A stretch of DNA of 64,000 nt from Lama guanicoe (Eukaryota), in NCBI GenBank assembly GCA_013239625.1, contig MU054220.1:2913374-2977373 (forward strand). Direction: 5' to 3'. Below the pieces are notes generated by a model that worked only from the letters and a program-made list of their open reading frames with translations, did no database searches and was not told where the DNA came from. A program made the position numbers and the translations under genes. Below are positions 1 to 12,229 of the stretch, one piece after another; within the stretch, counting starts at the first letter, position 1; every line of letters begins with the position of its first letter.

Positions 1-233
1 GTGAAGCTGCTACAGGTGCTCCTCGAGCCCAGGCAGCATTCAGAACCACACGAGTGTACACAGATGCATGCACACGCAAACAGGCCCCCACTCCTTCCTC
101 TGCACACGCGCACACACATGCACACATGTTCGCTCCATCTCTGTAGGTGATCAGCTGTTCTGCAGGTTGCACTCTGCTGCCACGGTGGCTGCTCGGGCAC
201 CCAGGCTTTGCTCACGGAGCCACAGCGCTGCAG
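1..233 (-). other. CRY2: CRY2 terminal non-coding exon 12 (start of 3' UTR; truncated by window edge)
   Basis: Strong acceptor ttgtttttccctttcag|CTGCAG at 234/233; the following GCTCCGTGAGCAAAGCCTGGGTGCCC...GCAGCCACCG resembles the recalled human CRY2 3' UTR start. Confidence 0.85.
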
Positions 234-986
234 CTGAAAGGGAAAAACAAGGGCAAGAAGGAACATTCAGGAGGCGCTCAGTTGCCCAGGGACATGGCTC
301 CTCTAGCTGCTTCTCTGGGGAACTGGGAAGAGCATAGAGTGAACCGAACAGGCCAAGGTACCTGGGGACAAGGTCGTTAGTGGGATGTCAGCGGGTGCCT
401 GAACACTGGCTTCTGAGGTGCTGATGCAGGACAAGCTCTCCCCTGTGGACCCTCTGCTCCTCCTCTGCCCCGGGCCTGAGGGCAGCAGGGGAGGAGGGGG
501 AGAAGGCCACAGACACTCACCTGAGGCCTTGGGTAACACTTGGTCAGATGTGACACAAAGGCAGTTTCTGAATCAAGGCACAGCGGCTGCTGCCAGAGAT
601 GGAGAATCAGAAAAAAATGGGTTGGATGAGAAGCCAGCCAGGACCAGTAATTTTGGAAGATGAAGGCAATGACTGAGTTTAGAATCAGCCGGTGAGCAAA
701 TTTCCACATAGAGATAAAAGAACCCTGGCACTGTGCTAGAAGACGGAGGGCTGGAGGGGGACACAAGGATGACTCATCTTAAAGATTTAGAACATTCTGA
801 ATCTGGGGCAGAGGGAAGACGTGGCTTCATCATAACACTGGGTTGCCTGTTTGAATAGTTCTAGTGCGTCTGAGAGCGTAAAGAGACACGCAGGGTTCAG
901 TTAAAACTTTGGACGGTTTAAAGGATGGTGAGGCAAATAATAACCAGAAGGATTACTGAGCTTACGGGTCAAGCACTGTACACTTG

Positions 987-1327
987 TGATATGGCTGAAT
1001 TGTGTCCCCTCAGAATGTGACTGTTTCTGGAGATAAGATCTTTAAAGAGGTAGTTAAGTTAAAATGAGGTGTTTAGGGTGGGCTCTGATCCCATAAGATT
1101 GGTGTCCTCATGAGAGCAATGAGGACACAGACTCACACAGAGGTGAGACGGAGTGAAGACGATGGGGGATGGTGGCCATCTACAAGCCAAGGAGAGAGGC
1201 CTCGGGAGAAAGCAGCCCTGTCAACGAGTTGTCTCAGACTTCTAGCTCGCAGGACTGTGGGAGAATTTCTGCTGTCTGTCACCTGGTCTGTGGCACTTTG
1301 TTATGGGAGGCCAAACAAACTAACATA
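987..1327 (+). mobile_element. MaLR LTR (MLT1-type)
   Basis: TGATATGGCTGAATTGTGTCCCC...AAGTTAAAATGAGG...GCCATCTACAAGCCAAGGAGAGAGGCC...TTTGTTATGG...AAACTAACA, typical MLT1 motifs. Confidence 0.8.
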
Positions 1328-4300
1328 GCTGTGATCCCACTGACCCTGAAGATATGGCCTCTGTTCTTACAGATGAGAAAACAGAAGCCAGAGAGGATAA
1401 GGAAGTTGCCCATGACTACCACATTCAGAAGTGGCAGGAAAGCCAGGTCTGTCTGATTCCAAAACCTGTGTTTTTACCACTAGGTAATCTCTATATTATA
1501 GTACTGCTCATGATAACTTTTAGAGGATATAAAAAGAAGGAATTCAACACGGTGGCATGAAGACTAATACGCGAGCAACATAAATGAAGTCCAGATGTTA
1601 ACGGAAAAGGGAAAATGCTCTCAAGGGTCAAAGGCATTGGAGTCAGGGATTGAAAAATCAGTCTTCTGACACATGCAGACCTTTTCAGACAAATGTTAAA
1701 TCTGAAGATTTTATCTGGGTGATGACAGTTCACCTAGAAGCTGGGAAAAGTCAAGAGCAAACAGAAGTGCGTCCCTGCATGGCTCAGTACTGAGTGCCTT
1801 CTTCTTTAAAATATCTTCAACAAGTCTTCCCTTTAAGTCTGGACTATAATAACCTAGCCTAGCCATACTTTTCACTACAAATAATTATATCTGCCACTAA
1901 AGTATATACATGTTTATTGAAACATGCTGACTGGGATATATATTTTATACACAGGTCTCCCTCTGACCACTGTTGTTAAGTCAAAGAGATGATGATTCTT
2001 CTGAGACTGAGAATTTCAGGACTGCAGAGTAGACACACCAGTCCTCCTATGCGCTACCTCTGTTTCTTGTGTCCTCTCCACCTAACAGGACAGAGGAAGA
2101 TAAAGAGTACTTGAAGATTCCTTAGGACAAGGGCTCTCACTCTGGGGTTCTTGGATCTCTAAGGGGTCCAAGGGTGGGCTTAAGGGCCAGTCCATGAAGA
2201 CCTTGAAATTCTGTGTACATTTTTCTGTGTGTGTGAATGGGAGCAATTTTCCAGGGAGAGGCTCCATCTTTCATCAGATTCTTCAAAGCATGGGTCACCC
2301 AGAGGGTTTAAGAACTGATGCCTAAGCTTAGAAGATAAGGGGGTGAGGTACAGTCAGGTGGTTATAATAACAGTTCATTCAGACCTACTCTGACTTGGGC
2401 ATGGGTTAGCTATGAGGCAGACCATAAAGCGAGGTGGCTGCCTCCTGGCCTCAGATAAACCCCAGTGACCCACATCCCCCTATGTTGGGATCAGAAACAC
2501 ACACACAGAAAACCAAGGTTTGGAAGAATGAGTTTGTCCTTGTCTACAAAGCTAGTCAAAGGCTTGAATAACTAGTTATTCAAGCTGCTTGATCAGCAGA
2601 CAATTAGCTGGTCCCTGTGCTCTTGTTCTCAAGCTAGGGCATAAGTCTGCAGGAAAGAGGGGCTGGGGAAATCAAATGAGGCCTTGCAGGAAAATGATGA
2701 CAGCAGCACTAAAAGAAAGGGAAGAACAGCTAGGCGAGAGGCACAAGGGGAAAAAAATCAACTCATAAAACATGCGCCAAAAAAATCAGTCTCATGATTG
2801 TCCAACTCTTTCAATCCGTCATTAATACAAGACACAGCAGTGGCTGGAACATAGAATAAGTTAATGACTGCCTCTCTCAGTGTGCCAGTGTCAGTTAGGA
2901 TGACCCCCTGGGTACCTGTGCCCTCACACCCCTTCCCGTCCACCGGGTGCTAACAAGAAACCCAAATCTGCAAGTCCACCCTTCCCCAGCCCGAGCCCAG
3001 GTGGGTGTGTGGATAACATGTACACAAGCGCCTATGTCAGCAGAGTCCACTACGGCTCAAGGTCTGAAAGAAACTTTGTTTGGAGGCTGTAAGCAGGTCT
3101 CAGGGGTCACCCCTCCCCACCACACTGGGTGAAGCACTGTGCCCAAGTGCTTGGGAGGGGCAGAGGGTTTGCTATGCGCTTCCAAGTTAGGAGCAGGGAA
3201 GGCCAGAGGTGCCGCTGTGTACCCCAGCTGGGCTCTTAGCTCTGTCTCATTCCTCACACACTTGCCCTTCCTGCACCACACAAACCCTACAGCCAAGGGG
3301 AGGGGACGTCTGTCAGTTAACAGCTACTCAGTAAGTGCCAGGGAAGGTGCAAGGGGGTACTGAGTCTCAACTTCTCATTCCCAGGTCAGGAACCGAGAGC
3401 CAGAGAGGTGAGGAAAACTTGCTCCCAGGCAGGGACCACACGGCCTCCACTCTGGGCAGCATTTTACAGGTTGACCGGAGCCTTTCACACGCGTTGTTTC
3501 ACGTAAGGAGGGGTAACAAACGTCAAAAAGGCAACGAACAGCTTCCAGAAGTCAGGTTTTCCTCAGGGAGGCCCCCAGCTCTGGTGAGCTTTGGGAGGGA
3601 GAGGGGAAGAGATGATCCTTGGCCAGAAACCCTTTGTATTCAGCGGGCTTCTCTCAACAGATCACTCTGTACCAGCAGAACAGCAAATGGATCACGTGAA
3701 CTGTTCCCCTCGTGGTAAAATAATCGGACCAATAAGATGAATCTGTACACAATTCGAGGCTGATGGAATCCTCGGCAGTCAGCAGCTTTGGGGATTATGG
3801 GAAGCATCTGAACCGACAGCTATTTGGGGCTGGCTTATTTTTCAGTTTAGTGAACACTGTACGATAAAGCCAAATGCAGAACAGATACTGACGTGGGTTT
3901 GCGGTAAGCATGGAAGCTACTGATATCAGGGTGTGTTTTCCCACAAGATCAGTTTAAATCATTGTCCAGACCTGAGGCATTAGAAATAACAGAATCACAA
4001 AACTATAGAGGTTGGAGCTAAACAGAGCCTCAGTGGGTCCAGGATGAGCCTTCAGGCTGGTAAAGAATGACTATGCACACCTGACAGCTAAAGCATCTCA
4101 GAAAGGTTATGAATCCTGCCCAAGTCACACAACTAAAACTGAAAGAGAGGAGAAGGGAGAAGGCGTAGTAAGACTGTCAATTCAGGCCCTGGGGCCACTG
4201 CTCTGTGGTCCAGCTGGCCCAGTGTGCTGGCTCTGACTGGAGTAACCATAACACAACCAAAGACTCCCTTGGAAGCATGTGCAAGATGGTAATGTGAGTT

Positions 4301-5107
4301 CATCTGCGTGGTGCGTTTTACTTATTCAAAGGCTTTTCACATAAGGATTTTCCGTTTCTTTCCCAAGTGTGTATGCTGGATGGGTGGGGCAGGGGACAAG
4401 GTGCTGTCTCCACCGTGTTACTGATGAGGACGCTGAACATCTTCAGGCCCAGGTGCGACGGCCAACACACGGGGAAACAGAAGTGCACTCCTCTCTCTCA
4501 GTTTCCCAAGAACACAGATGTCTGTCCTGTCCTCTCCTGGCCCCCACCTCCAACCAATTAGCCACGATTAAGGGCTAAATTCTGAGAATCAGTCCTTGAT
4601 ATCGCTGTAGGCTGACCAGACATCTCCTGGACCACAAAACAAGAGACAGGCGCCGACCACTGCACCCTGAAGTGTCCACTTGGAATTACCGCTGCAGCCT
4701 CTCAGCTGGCTGCCTCCCCACCACCATGTCCTCTGCAGGGCCCAGCCCACGCCTGGTGAATCTTCCCAAACTGCCAGTTTGATCATTCGCTCTCCTGCTC
4801 CGAAACGCTCCTAGGCTCTCAGAGAGAACTCCAAGGACTCACCTGCCTGATATCTAAAACCCTACATGATCAGACCCAACTGTAACCTTATGTTCTTCTG
4901 AAATAATAATGATAACAATATTCGTAATAATAGTGATAGCTGCCACTTCACTTATGAACTTATGAGGCAGGGCCTGGCTAAGTGTCTGGTATATTATGTG
5001 GACACTGTTAGCTACTGGCCAGTGTTCAGCTTCCTAGCTAACAGAACCTGGATTTTGTTCAGTGGGTCATGGGCCCAGCCCAGACAATGGATCACGATTG
5101 GTCTAAG

Positions 5108-5295
5108 TCTGTGATTCTCAAAATACAGTCCCAGAAAAGCAGCGTCATGAACTGCTGGGGACTTGTTCGAAGTGCAAACGCTCGGATCCCACCCCAGACC
5201 CACCAGGTCAGAAACTCTAGGGCTGGGGCCCAGCCACCTGTGGCTTACCAAATTCTCTAGGGGGTTCTATTACTCACTCAAGCTGGAAAATCAAC
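5108..5295. mobile_element. hAT-Charlie DNA transposon (MER5A-like)
   Basis: GTGATTCTCAAA...CCCACCCCAGACC...TCAGAAACTCTAGGGCTGGGGCCCAGC. Confidence 0.7.
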
Positions 5296-7476
5296 AGTCC
5301 AACCAATCCTGACAATCCACATCCCTATTTCCCAGCTGGGGGGTGGCTCTGGGACTAAATTTTGGGTCATGAGGCCAATGTAAAAAGCTGGGGAGGGGTA
5401 TCCTGGGAAAGCTTTAATATTCTTGATAAACAGAAGAGAGGCATTCCCTGACAACCCTCATAATACAAAACTGCAAACTCCACTGTGCCCCAACCTTTAC
5501 TTTTTATCTTCTTACTCAATTTGATTTTTCCTTCACACACTTAGGGCCTCTTGGCACATGATGTATCTATTTGTTTATTGTCTGTCTCATCCTACAAAGA
5601 CACACCCAAGAGGGAAGGGACTGTCAGTCTTGTTCACAACCATACCTCAATGTCTACAACATGTCTGGCAAATTGTGATCACTTGATAAATGTTTAATGA
5701 ATGAATGAGTGCAGCTGTCTCTGCGATTCCTTCTCATTCCTGCTTTGAATGAGGAACTGATGGCTGAAGCTGTGGCAGCCACCTTGAGGCCATGAAGCAA
5801 GAGAATCTCAGAAAAGCTGGCTCTGACATTGTTGAGCCACCAAACCAAAACCAGCAACACCCAGCTCTGGATCTCTTTCTTGTTCGGTAAGAAAAATAAA
5901 CCTGTATTTGTTTTAGCCACAGCAGTCAGGTTTTCTATTCCTAGCAGCCCCACACATTAACTGACATATATATTTAATTATTTAATCTTTGTAACAAGAA
6001 CCTAATTTCTGGTGAGAAACCAAGTCTCATAATGGTTAAATAATTAGTACAAAATTACACAATCATTAAGCTGTTTTTCTTATCTGAAATGCCCTCCTTG
6101 CTGCCTAAATCCAATTCATCTCCCCAGCCCCCTAGGGGAAACTTCTGTGTTGTACTCCAGGATCACCCCAGCCCACCAAGAGCTGTCTTGTAATAAGCTT
6201 GAAGAGTCTGTATCACTTGTCTAGGAATTATCAGTTATTTGTTTTCTTCTCCTAAGCAGACTATTAAGTCCTTGTGGATGGCGTCGTATCACATTTCATA
6301 TGTTCTATGCCCCTCTCCCTCACACACTTGCTGGCAACAGTTTTATGCTGAATTGGATGTCATTAGCTTACTGAGCAACTTTGACCCAGATGTTTAACCT
6401 CTCTGTTCTTTGGTCTTCTCACCTGAAAGTCAGAGTATCAGCCTGGTAAGTTCCAGATTTTTAAGACAGGATGAACTTCACTTAGTACCACAGAGTTAAC
6501 AGATGACTAAGAGAGTTGTATCTAGGCTGCCAGTACTCTCAGAACAAGGTAACACAGTCTGTCCATCAGCAACGTCTATGACAAGTCCAGCAGGATAAAG
6601 GGCACAAGCGTCAAACACTCATTATCTCACGCAGCATTTAAGTCTTCATGCTCCAACTAGATGGCCTGGCCTGGCCGTGAAGTGGAGGGGTTTGGAAAAA
6701 AGAATCAATCAGCTCCATGGAGAAAATCACTCTCCAATCTAATGATGCAGACTTGGCACATAGGGAACAGCCTGAGATGATGACTCAAAGGGGACAGTAA
6801 TTTACATCTCTCACAGAAAGGCATTAAAGGCCATTCCTGCTCTGGGGAAGGAGCCAGTTTTTTTTTTTTAAAGACATTCAGGGGGCTTCCAAGAAAGATG
6901 AGCACTGACAAGGAAGTGTAGAGCCAAAGCCACAAGAAAGGTGAGAACGGAGGAGCGGCTGTAAGAGGCACAGATAGATGGGGAGCTGGGATCTCCTGGT
7001 CCTTTGGTGGGGCTGGGCTGAGTGAGCCTCCAAACACCCCTAAGCCTGTCTTCTGAAGGTAGGTGCTGCCCTCTGCTGGCCTGCCTACAGAACACAGCCC
7101 ATCGGGGTGACGGCAGAGGGGCTTGGGCACGCTCAGGCCCTGCCACTGGGCCAATTCTCCCACAGCTTCGTCCAGTCTTCACGTCCGCTTTTTTTTTGGA
7201 TGTGGCTCACTTTAATAGGTAGAAAGAGTCTAATAATTCTTTTCCCTTAGCTGGCAAAGAAAGATCAGGGCTTTAACCCCCTTTTTAATTTTAGAAGGTA
7301 TAAGTCAGGGTAGGATTTTTGAGCTGAAATCCTAAAAAATCCTATAGTAGTCCCCCCAGGTTGTAATCTCGTTTGCTGAGTTTTAACCTTGAGCTGGCAG
7401 GGCAGCAGTGTTCTAAACCCACCCCCACCTCTCTCCCACCTCCCTCCCTGAAGCTCTCAGCTGCTGTCACTCACTC

Positions 7477-7616
7477 TCAGACATCCCTGCCTGGCAGCTC
7501 TGTGGAGGGCAACTCTGCCACCCTGGCCCGTTTGCTGAGTTCTTCACCAGGAGGCTCCTCTGCTGCTTCCAGCTTGCGTTTGGGGGATGCTGGGCCACCA
7601 GGTAGTGGTCTTGGAC
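7477..7616 (-). CDS. CRY2: CRY2 coding exon 11 (C-terminal tail with bipartite NLS-like PKRK...KRAR) and stop codon
   Basis: ctacag|GT; GPRPLPGGPASPKRKLEAAEEPPGEELSKRARVAELPSTELPGRDV-TGA; the exon continues 2 nt to donor GA|gtgagt at 7474; total CDS 1782 nt. Confidence 0.96.
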
Positions 7617-8049
7617 CTGTAGGGAAGTGGGTCAAAGTGTCACACAGACTGTGCGTTGAGCCAAGATGACCCTTAACTCTGCAGTGGCAGCTCTTTGGGG
7701 ACAGGGAACCTGGCTCATCAATGTAACCAGCACAGTGCTTCTCAGACGTGCCCCTAGGCCTTCTTTTCAGCATCAACCTTGCCTGGAAATGTCCAAAGAG
7801 AGCACAGGCAGGACCACTGGCAGCAAAGCCAGCTTTTGGGCCCCAAAGCACATGGGCTTAAGGCCAGAGATTGATGCAGCCTGTCTGCTGTCCTCGCCCT
7901 GAAGGTGGAAATTTCCCTCTGCCATGCTGGCTGGGCCTCCTAAAGCCAGAATGAGCAGTGCCCTCACCTGTGGGCTGGACAAACTAGAAAAAATGTGACG
8001 TTCTTGCCAGTCTGACCTTACTGATCATCTCAGAGCTGAAGGTGGAGGT

Positions 8050-8700
8050 TAAGAATGCAGCAAGTCTGTCTACTTCCCTGTCTCTTACCACCACCCGGGC
8101 CTTGCTGCCATCTCCTGCCTGGACACATGTAGCCGCCTCTTTTCTAGCCTCCCTATAATTGGGGACTCTTGCCCATACTGTCCCTCCACACAGCAGGCAG
8201 AGCGAGCTTTTTAAAACAGAAAACAGGTCATGCCTCTGACCCGCTGACCACCCATCAGTGCCTTCCCTGCGCTCTGACGACGGAATCCTAACCCTCCTCA
8301 TGGATGCTGAGTCTACACGGCGCTCCTGCTGCACCTGTCCTCATCGCATCCCAGCTCCTCACTCGGGACATGCCAGCCGCACCAGCCTCCCTCCCCTCGT
8401 TGCTGGAATAGGATAAGCTTGTTTCCGCCCCTGGGTCTCTTCTTGCTACTCCCTTTGCCTGGAATGCTCTTCCCCCAGTTCTTGGAAGGCTGGCTCTGCT
8501 CACTATGTGGGTCCGATACTCCATCTAAAATAACCCCCTTCTCCAGCCCCTCTTTCATGAGGTCACTCAATTTTATTTTCCCCAAAAGCACTTGTTATCT
8601 GACATGATCTTGCATGGTTCCTTTAGGATCTGTCTCCCTCAGATGGAATATAAGCTCCACTGGGGCACAGACTTGTTCTGGCCTTTGTCCTCAGCCCCCA
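8050..8700 (+). mobile_element. L2 fragment in CRY2 intron 10
   Basis: CTTTGCCTGGAATGCTCTTCCCC, GAATATAAGCTCCAC...GGGCACAGACTT. Confidence 0.6.
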
Positions 8701-8773
8701 GTGATGGACGTGGTGGTAGTTCTGCAGTGTCCTCGGGATGGGCATGGGCCATGGCAGGCCAGTGGCTACTCAC

Positions 8774-8866
8774 CTGCACTGCTCATGCTCCCAGCCTGGC
8801 TCGAGCTGGGCTCTGCCACTGGGTTGCTGAGGTCTTCCACGCAGGAAGGGACAGATGCCAGCAAAC
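8774..8866 (-). CDS. CRY2: CRY2 coding exon 10 (93 nt)
   Basis: tccag|GT...GCAG|gtgagt; CLLASVPSCVEDLSNPVAEPSSSQAGSMSSA. Confidence 0.96.
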
Positions 8867-9192
8867 CTGGAAAGAGGCAGGGGAGTAATCAGAATGCAAT
8901 CTCACAGGACTGCAGAGGGCCGCGGGGCAGATGAGTACAAGGCAGGGGGCACTGGGCCATGACACAAAGGTTCCATCTCTTCCCACTGGCCACAACTACT
9001 CAGAGAGGCCTGATCCAGCCCAGCCTGCGTGTCTTGTGCCCTGGGGAGTCAAGCCAACTTAACAGCCTGGAAGACAGCACTTGGTCTCCCCCTGTGAATA
9101 TCTGGGAATCACCATCTGTGCCCTTTGAACTTGCAGGTGCTATCTGCCACTTAGGGAAGCAGGGGATGGTGGTGGGAGTAGTGACTCCTTAC

Positions 9193-9395
9193 AGAGTCCC
9201 CGGTAGCGGGAGAGCTGCTGGTAGATCTGCTTCATCCGCTCAATGTTGAGCCGGCTGGTCTCGGCATGGTTGACCATAGGCCGTGGGTAGTCCACACCAA
9301 TGATGCACTTGGCTGCCTTCTGAACTGACTCTGGGGCGTTCCAAGGCTCGTAGATGTATCGAGAGGGGAAGCCTTTCAACTTCGGCAGGTATCGC
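9193..9395 (-). CDS. CRY2: CRY2 coding exon 9 (203 nt), includes the coiled-coil helix
   Basis: ttcag|G...CTCT|gtaagg; [67 protein letters not shown]. Confidence 0.97.
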
Positions 9396-9519
9396 CTGAA
9401 ACATACACACCAGACAACCCATCAGCATGCTGGGAGTCTCCTTCAAAGGGCCAAGCGTATCTCGTTCTAGGAGGAAGCCACAGAGGTCAGAATCCAGAGA
9501 GCCTGGTCTGCATCCTCAC

Positions 9520-9671
9520 CTGATGTAGTCCCCACTGGGGTCCGTGCGGCGGCCAAAGCCCACTGGGCAGTAGCAGTGGAAGAACTGTTGGAAGAAAGCA
9601 CTGCAGGACAGCCACATCCAGCTGCCCGCATTCACGCTGAAATCTGCATCCAGGAGCAGCTCATCAAATAC
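9520..9671 (-). CDS. CRY2: CRY2 coding exon 8 (152 nt)
   Basis: tctag|GTA...TCAG|gtgagg; [50 protein letters not shown]. Confidence 0.97.
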
Positions 9672-9912
9672 CTAGATGTGGGGAAAGTGGGACAGTCAAC
9701 TCTTTGGGGACCTACAGCCATGGTTCTCCCCCAGTCACCACATGCCCCGTGGAAAAGAGAGCCAAAGCCCTTTTGCCGAGGGCAAGCCAAGGAGGATTTG
9801 GAGGGGACCTCCTGGGCCCAGGGGTCCCAACCCATCCCCTAGCCCAGAAGGGGGCTGCACTGAGCTGGGCTGATGAGAGGGTACAGGCCAGCTGCCCGCT
9901 GAGAGCACTCAC

Positions 9913-10224
9913 CCGGACCCCGCTCTCCCAGCTGACCCAGAGGTCCCCACGTGTGAGGAAGCAGGCCACGGCGTGCCGGGCCAGGTGGTGGATCCAGCCC
10001 TCCTGCCTCAGTTGGGTCATGATGGCGTCAATCCAAGGGAAGCCTGTCTTGCCCTCGGCCCACTTGGCCAGGGCCTCGGGGTTGCGGTCCCAGGGGATCT
10101 GGATGCAGATGGGGTTCCCCTCCATGCGGTCAAACCTGGGGTTGTTGGTGGCTGCCGTGTAGAAGAACTCTCGCCACAGGAGTTGCCCAAACAGGGAGAG
10201 CGGGGGTGTGCTGTTCCGCTTCAC
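9913..10224 (-). CDS. CRY2: CRY2 coding exon 7 (312 nt), FAD-binding domain
   Basis: ccccag|GTG...CGG|gtgagt; [22 protein letters not shown]...[47 protein letters not shown]. Confidence 0.97.
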
Positions 10225-11347
10225 CTGGGGGGTGGGGATAGCTCGTGGGTACAAATGCCTGCCCAGCTCTCAGCGCCGTGCCACTCGGGGTTCTCCCACA
10301 GAGGAATGTGAACCTGACACAAACTTGGTGGTTCCAAAGCCCCTAGATGTTTGAAGGGACTATGCCCTAGAAGCGCCACAGTGTGCCAGCAGACTGAAAC
10401 CCCGGGCCCTGGCTGTGCCTGTTAATCCTCTGAGCAACGAGAACGGCTGCAGAGAGTCAGGCAATAGAAAGGGATACTGCTGCAGACTCTGCACTGGGAA
10501 CTAAGCTCCCCAAGGCTGGTCATGATCCTTGTCCTCAACCGGCCCTGTTTGGCTCCACTTTCTTAAACATTGAAGGGCGTTTTCCCATCAGCAAGCATAA
10601 AAATTGCTCAGTCTAGACATTGGTTAGATAAAGTTACACCCAGTAGCCTCGATCTGGGGCCCTGAGGGAATTAAGAGATCTAAGCAAATAATAATCTTCC
10701 TAAAATCAGAAGATCACTCACCAAACTGGCAAAGCCACCCTGTGCCGCAAAATACAGATACTGGCAAAGATGGGGAAGCAGTGTGAAACAATGTAGACAC
10801 AGGTGATCTGATGAATTTGAATAGTTGGAGGTGCTGCGTTCTGTCCTTCTTGGGGTGGGTGCCTCACCATCGGGGTAGCTTTCTGTAGTCTGAATCCGGC
10901 CCTGCATTCAGCCCTCCGGGTCATTTCCTCATCACTGATGGGCAATCACCACTCCTACGCTTTCCTTTAAATGCTCTGGGCACTGCCCCGTAGAGGCCCA
11001 CTGTGCTCTTCACTTCCGGCCTGCCTCCTGCCTCGCCCTCCCTGCCTCCCACCCTGCGGACTCGGCCCATCGACCCGCCTGCCCTGCCACCCCTAGGGCC
11101 ACACTCTTGAGGTCGGCTTTTCTGCCTGTCCTGCTCCACTGGAGAACCTGGATTTTATTTCGATCAGCAGTTTGGGTTGTGCTGGACTCTGCCATGTCTT
11201 GGATGTGGCCTCTCCCTCACCTTCTCTGGACTGTATGCACACGTAAGCCAGAGGGAAGGCCTCTTTTCGGGGTGACTGACTGGCCTGGAGGCCCTGGGCC
11301 ACTTGGCTGCAAGCAGGGCAGGGGGTGCCGCCCTCGCCGCCCCTCAC

Positions 11348-11488
11348 CTTTTTATACAGGTCCCACAGGCGGTAGTAGAAGAGGCGGCAGGAGAGGCAGC
11401 CGAAGCGCAGGTAGGGGCTGAGGCCCGTGGGGCTGGCCAGCAGGGAGTTGGCGTTCATTCGGGGTCTCTCATAGTTGGCAACCCAGGC
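11348..11488 (-). CDS. CRY2: CRY2 coding exon 6 (141 nt)
   Basis: ctgcag|GCC...AAG|gtgagg; [47 protein letters not shown]. Confidence 0.97.
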
Positions 11489-12229
11489 CTGCAGCAGAAA
11501 GACAAGGTGGAGAAAGGACAGATCTGGATGCTTCAGAGAAAAAAACCCGAGGCACCAGGTGGTCAAGGAATCTGCCTAAGGTTGCAGACCAGAAAGCCAA
11601 AGTGCCAGCATGTGAGCCCGGTGTCATTCCGCTCCCTCACGCTGGCACAATTTTTGATGGAACCACCACCAAGCAAAGAATGAGGCCCAAGTTCTTGTCC
11701 TGACTTTGCTATTTAATTTGTGGTGTGAGCGTAACAAGTTACATGGTCCCTCAGCTACTTATCTATTCAATGAGATAAAATTTTCCACCTCCGGGGGATT
11801 AAGTAAAATGACAGATATGAAAGCTTCTGAAAGCACTGAAGGGTCTGTGATTATACAGAAGAAAAAGGGCTTCTACTTTACAGAAGATACCAGCGCTCAG
11901 TCCCTGCTCTGGTGATGGGGCCCTGAGACTGCTGCCACATAGTGGTGACACCCCCCCCCCCCGTTCAACAGTGGCCAACAAACCCCTTCCTGGGGACCCA
12001 CAGAGTCATTCACTTCTGGGGCCACTTGTCACATAGTATCACTGGTCTAGTTTTTATCAATTGCCACCGGCAGAGCGCTTTACCTCCACAGCTCACTGAC
12101 ATGTGTGTTCTCTCATTTGATCTTAAACGGTTCTCCAAGGCAGCATGCCATCACCTCCTTTTGAAAACGAGGAAACAAAGCTCAAAGGGTTGTGTGACTC
12201 TCCTGGGGTTATAGAGATAGTAAGAGACA

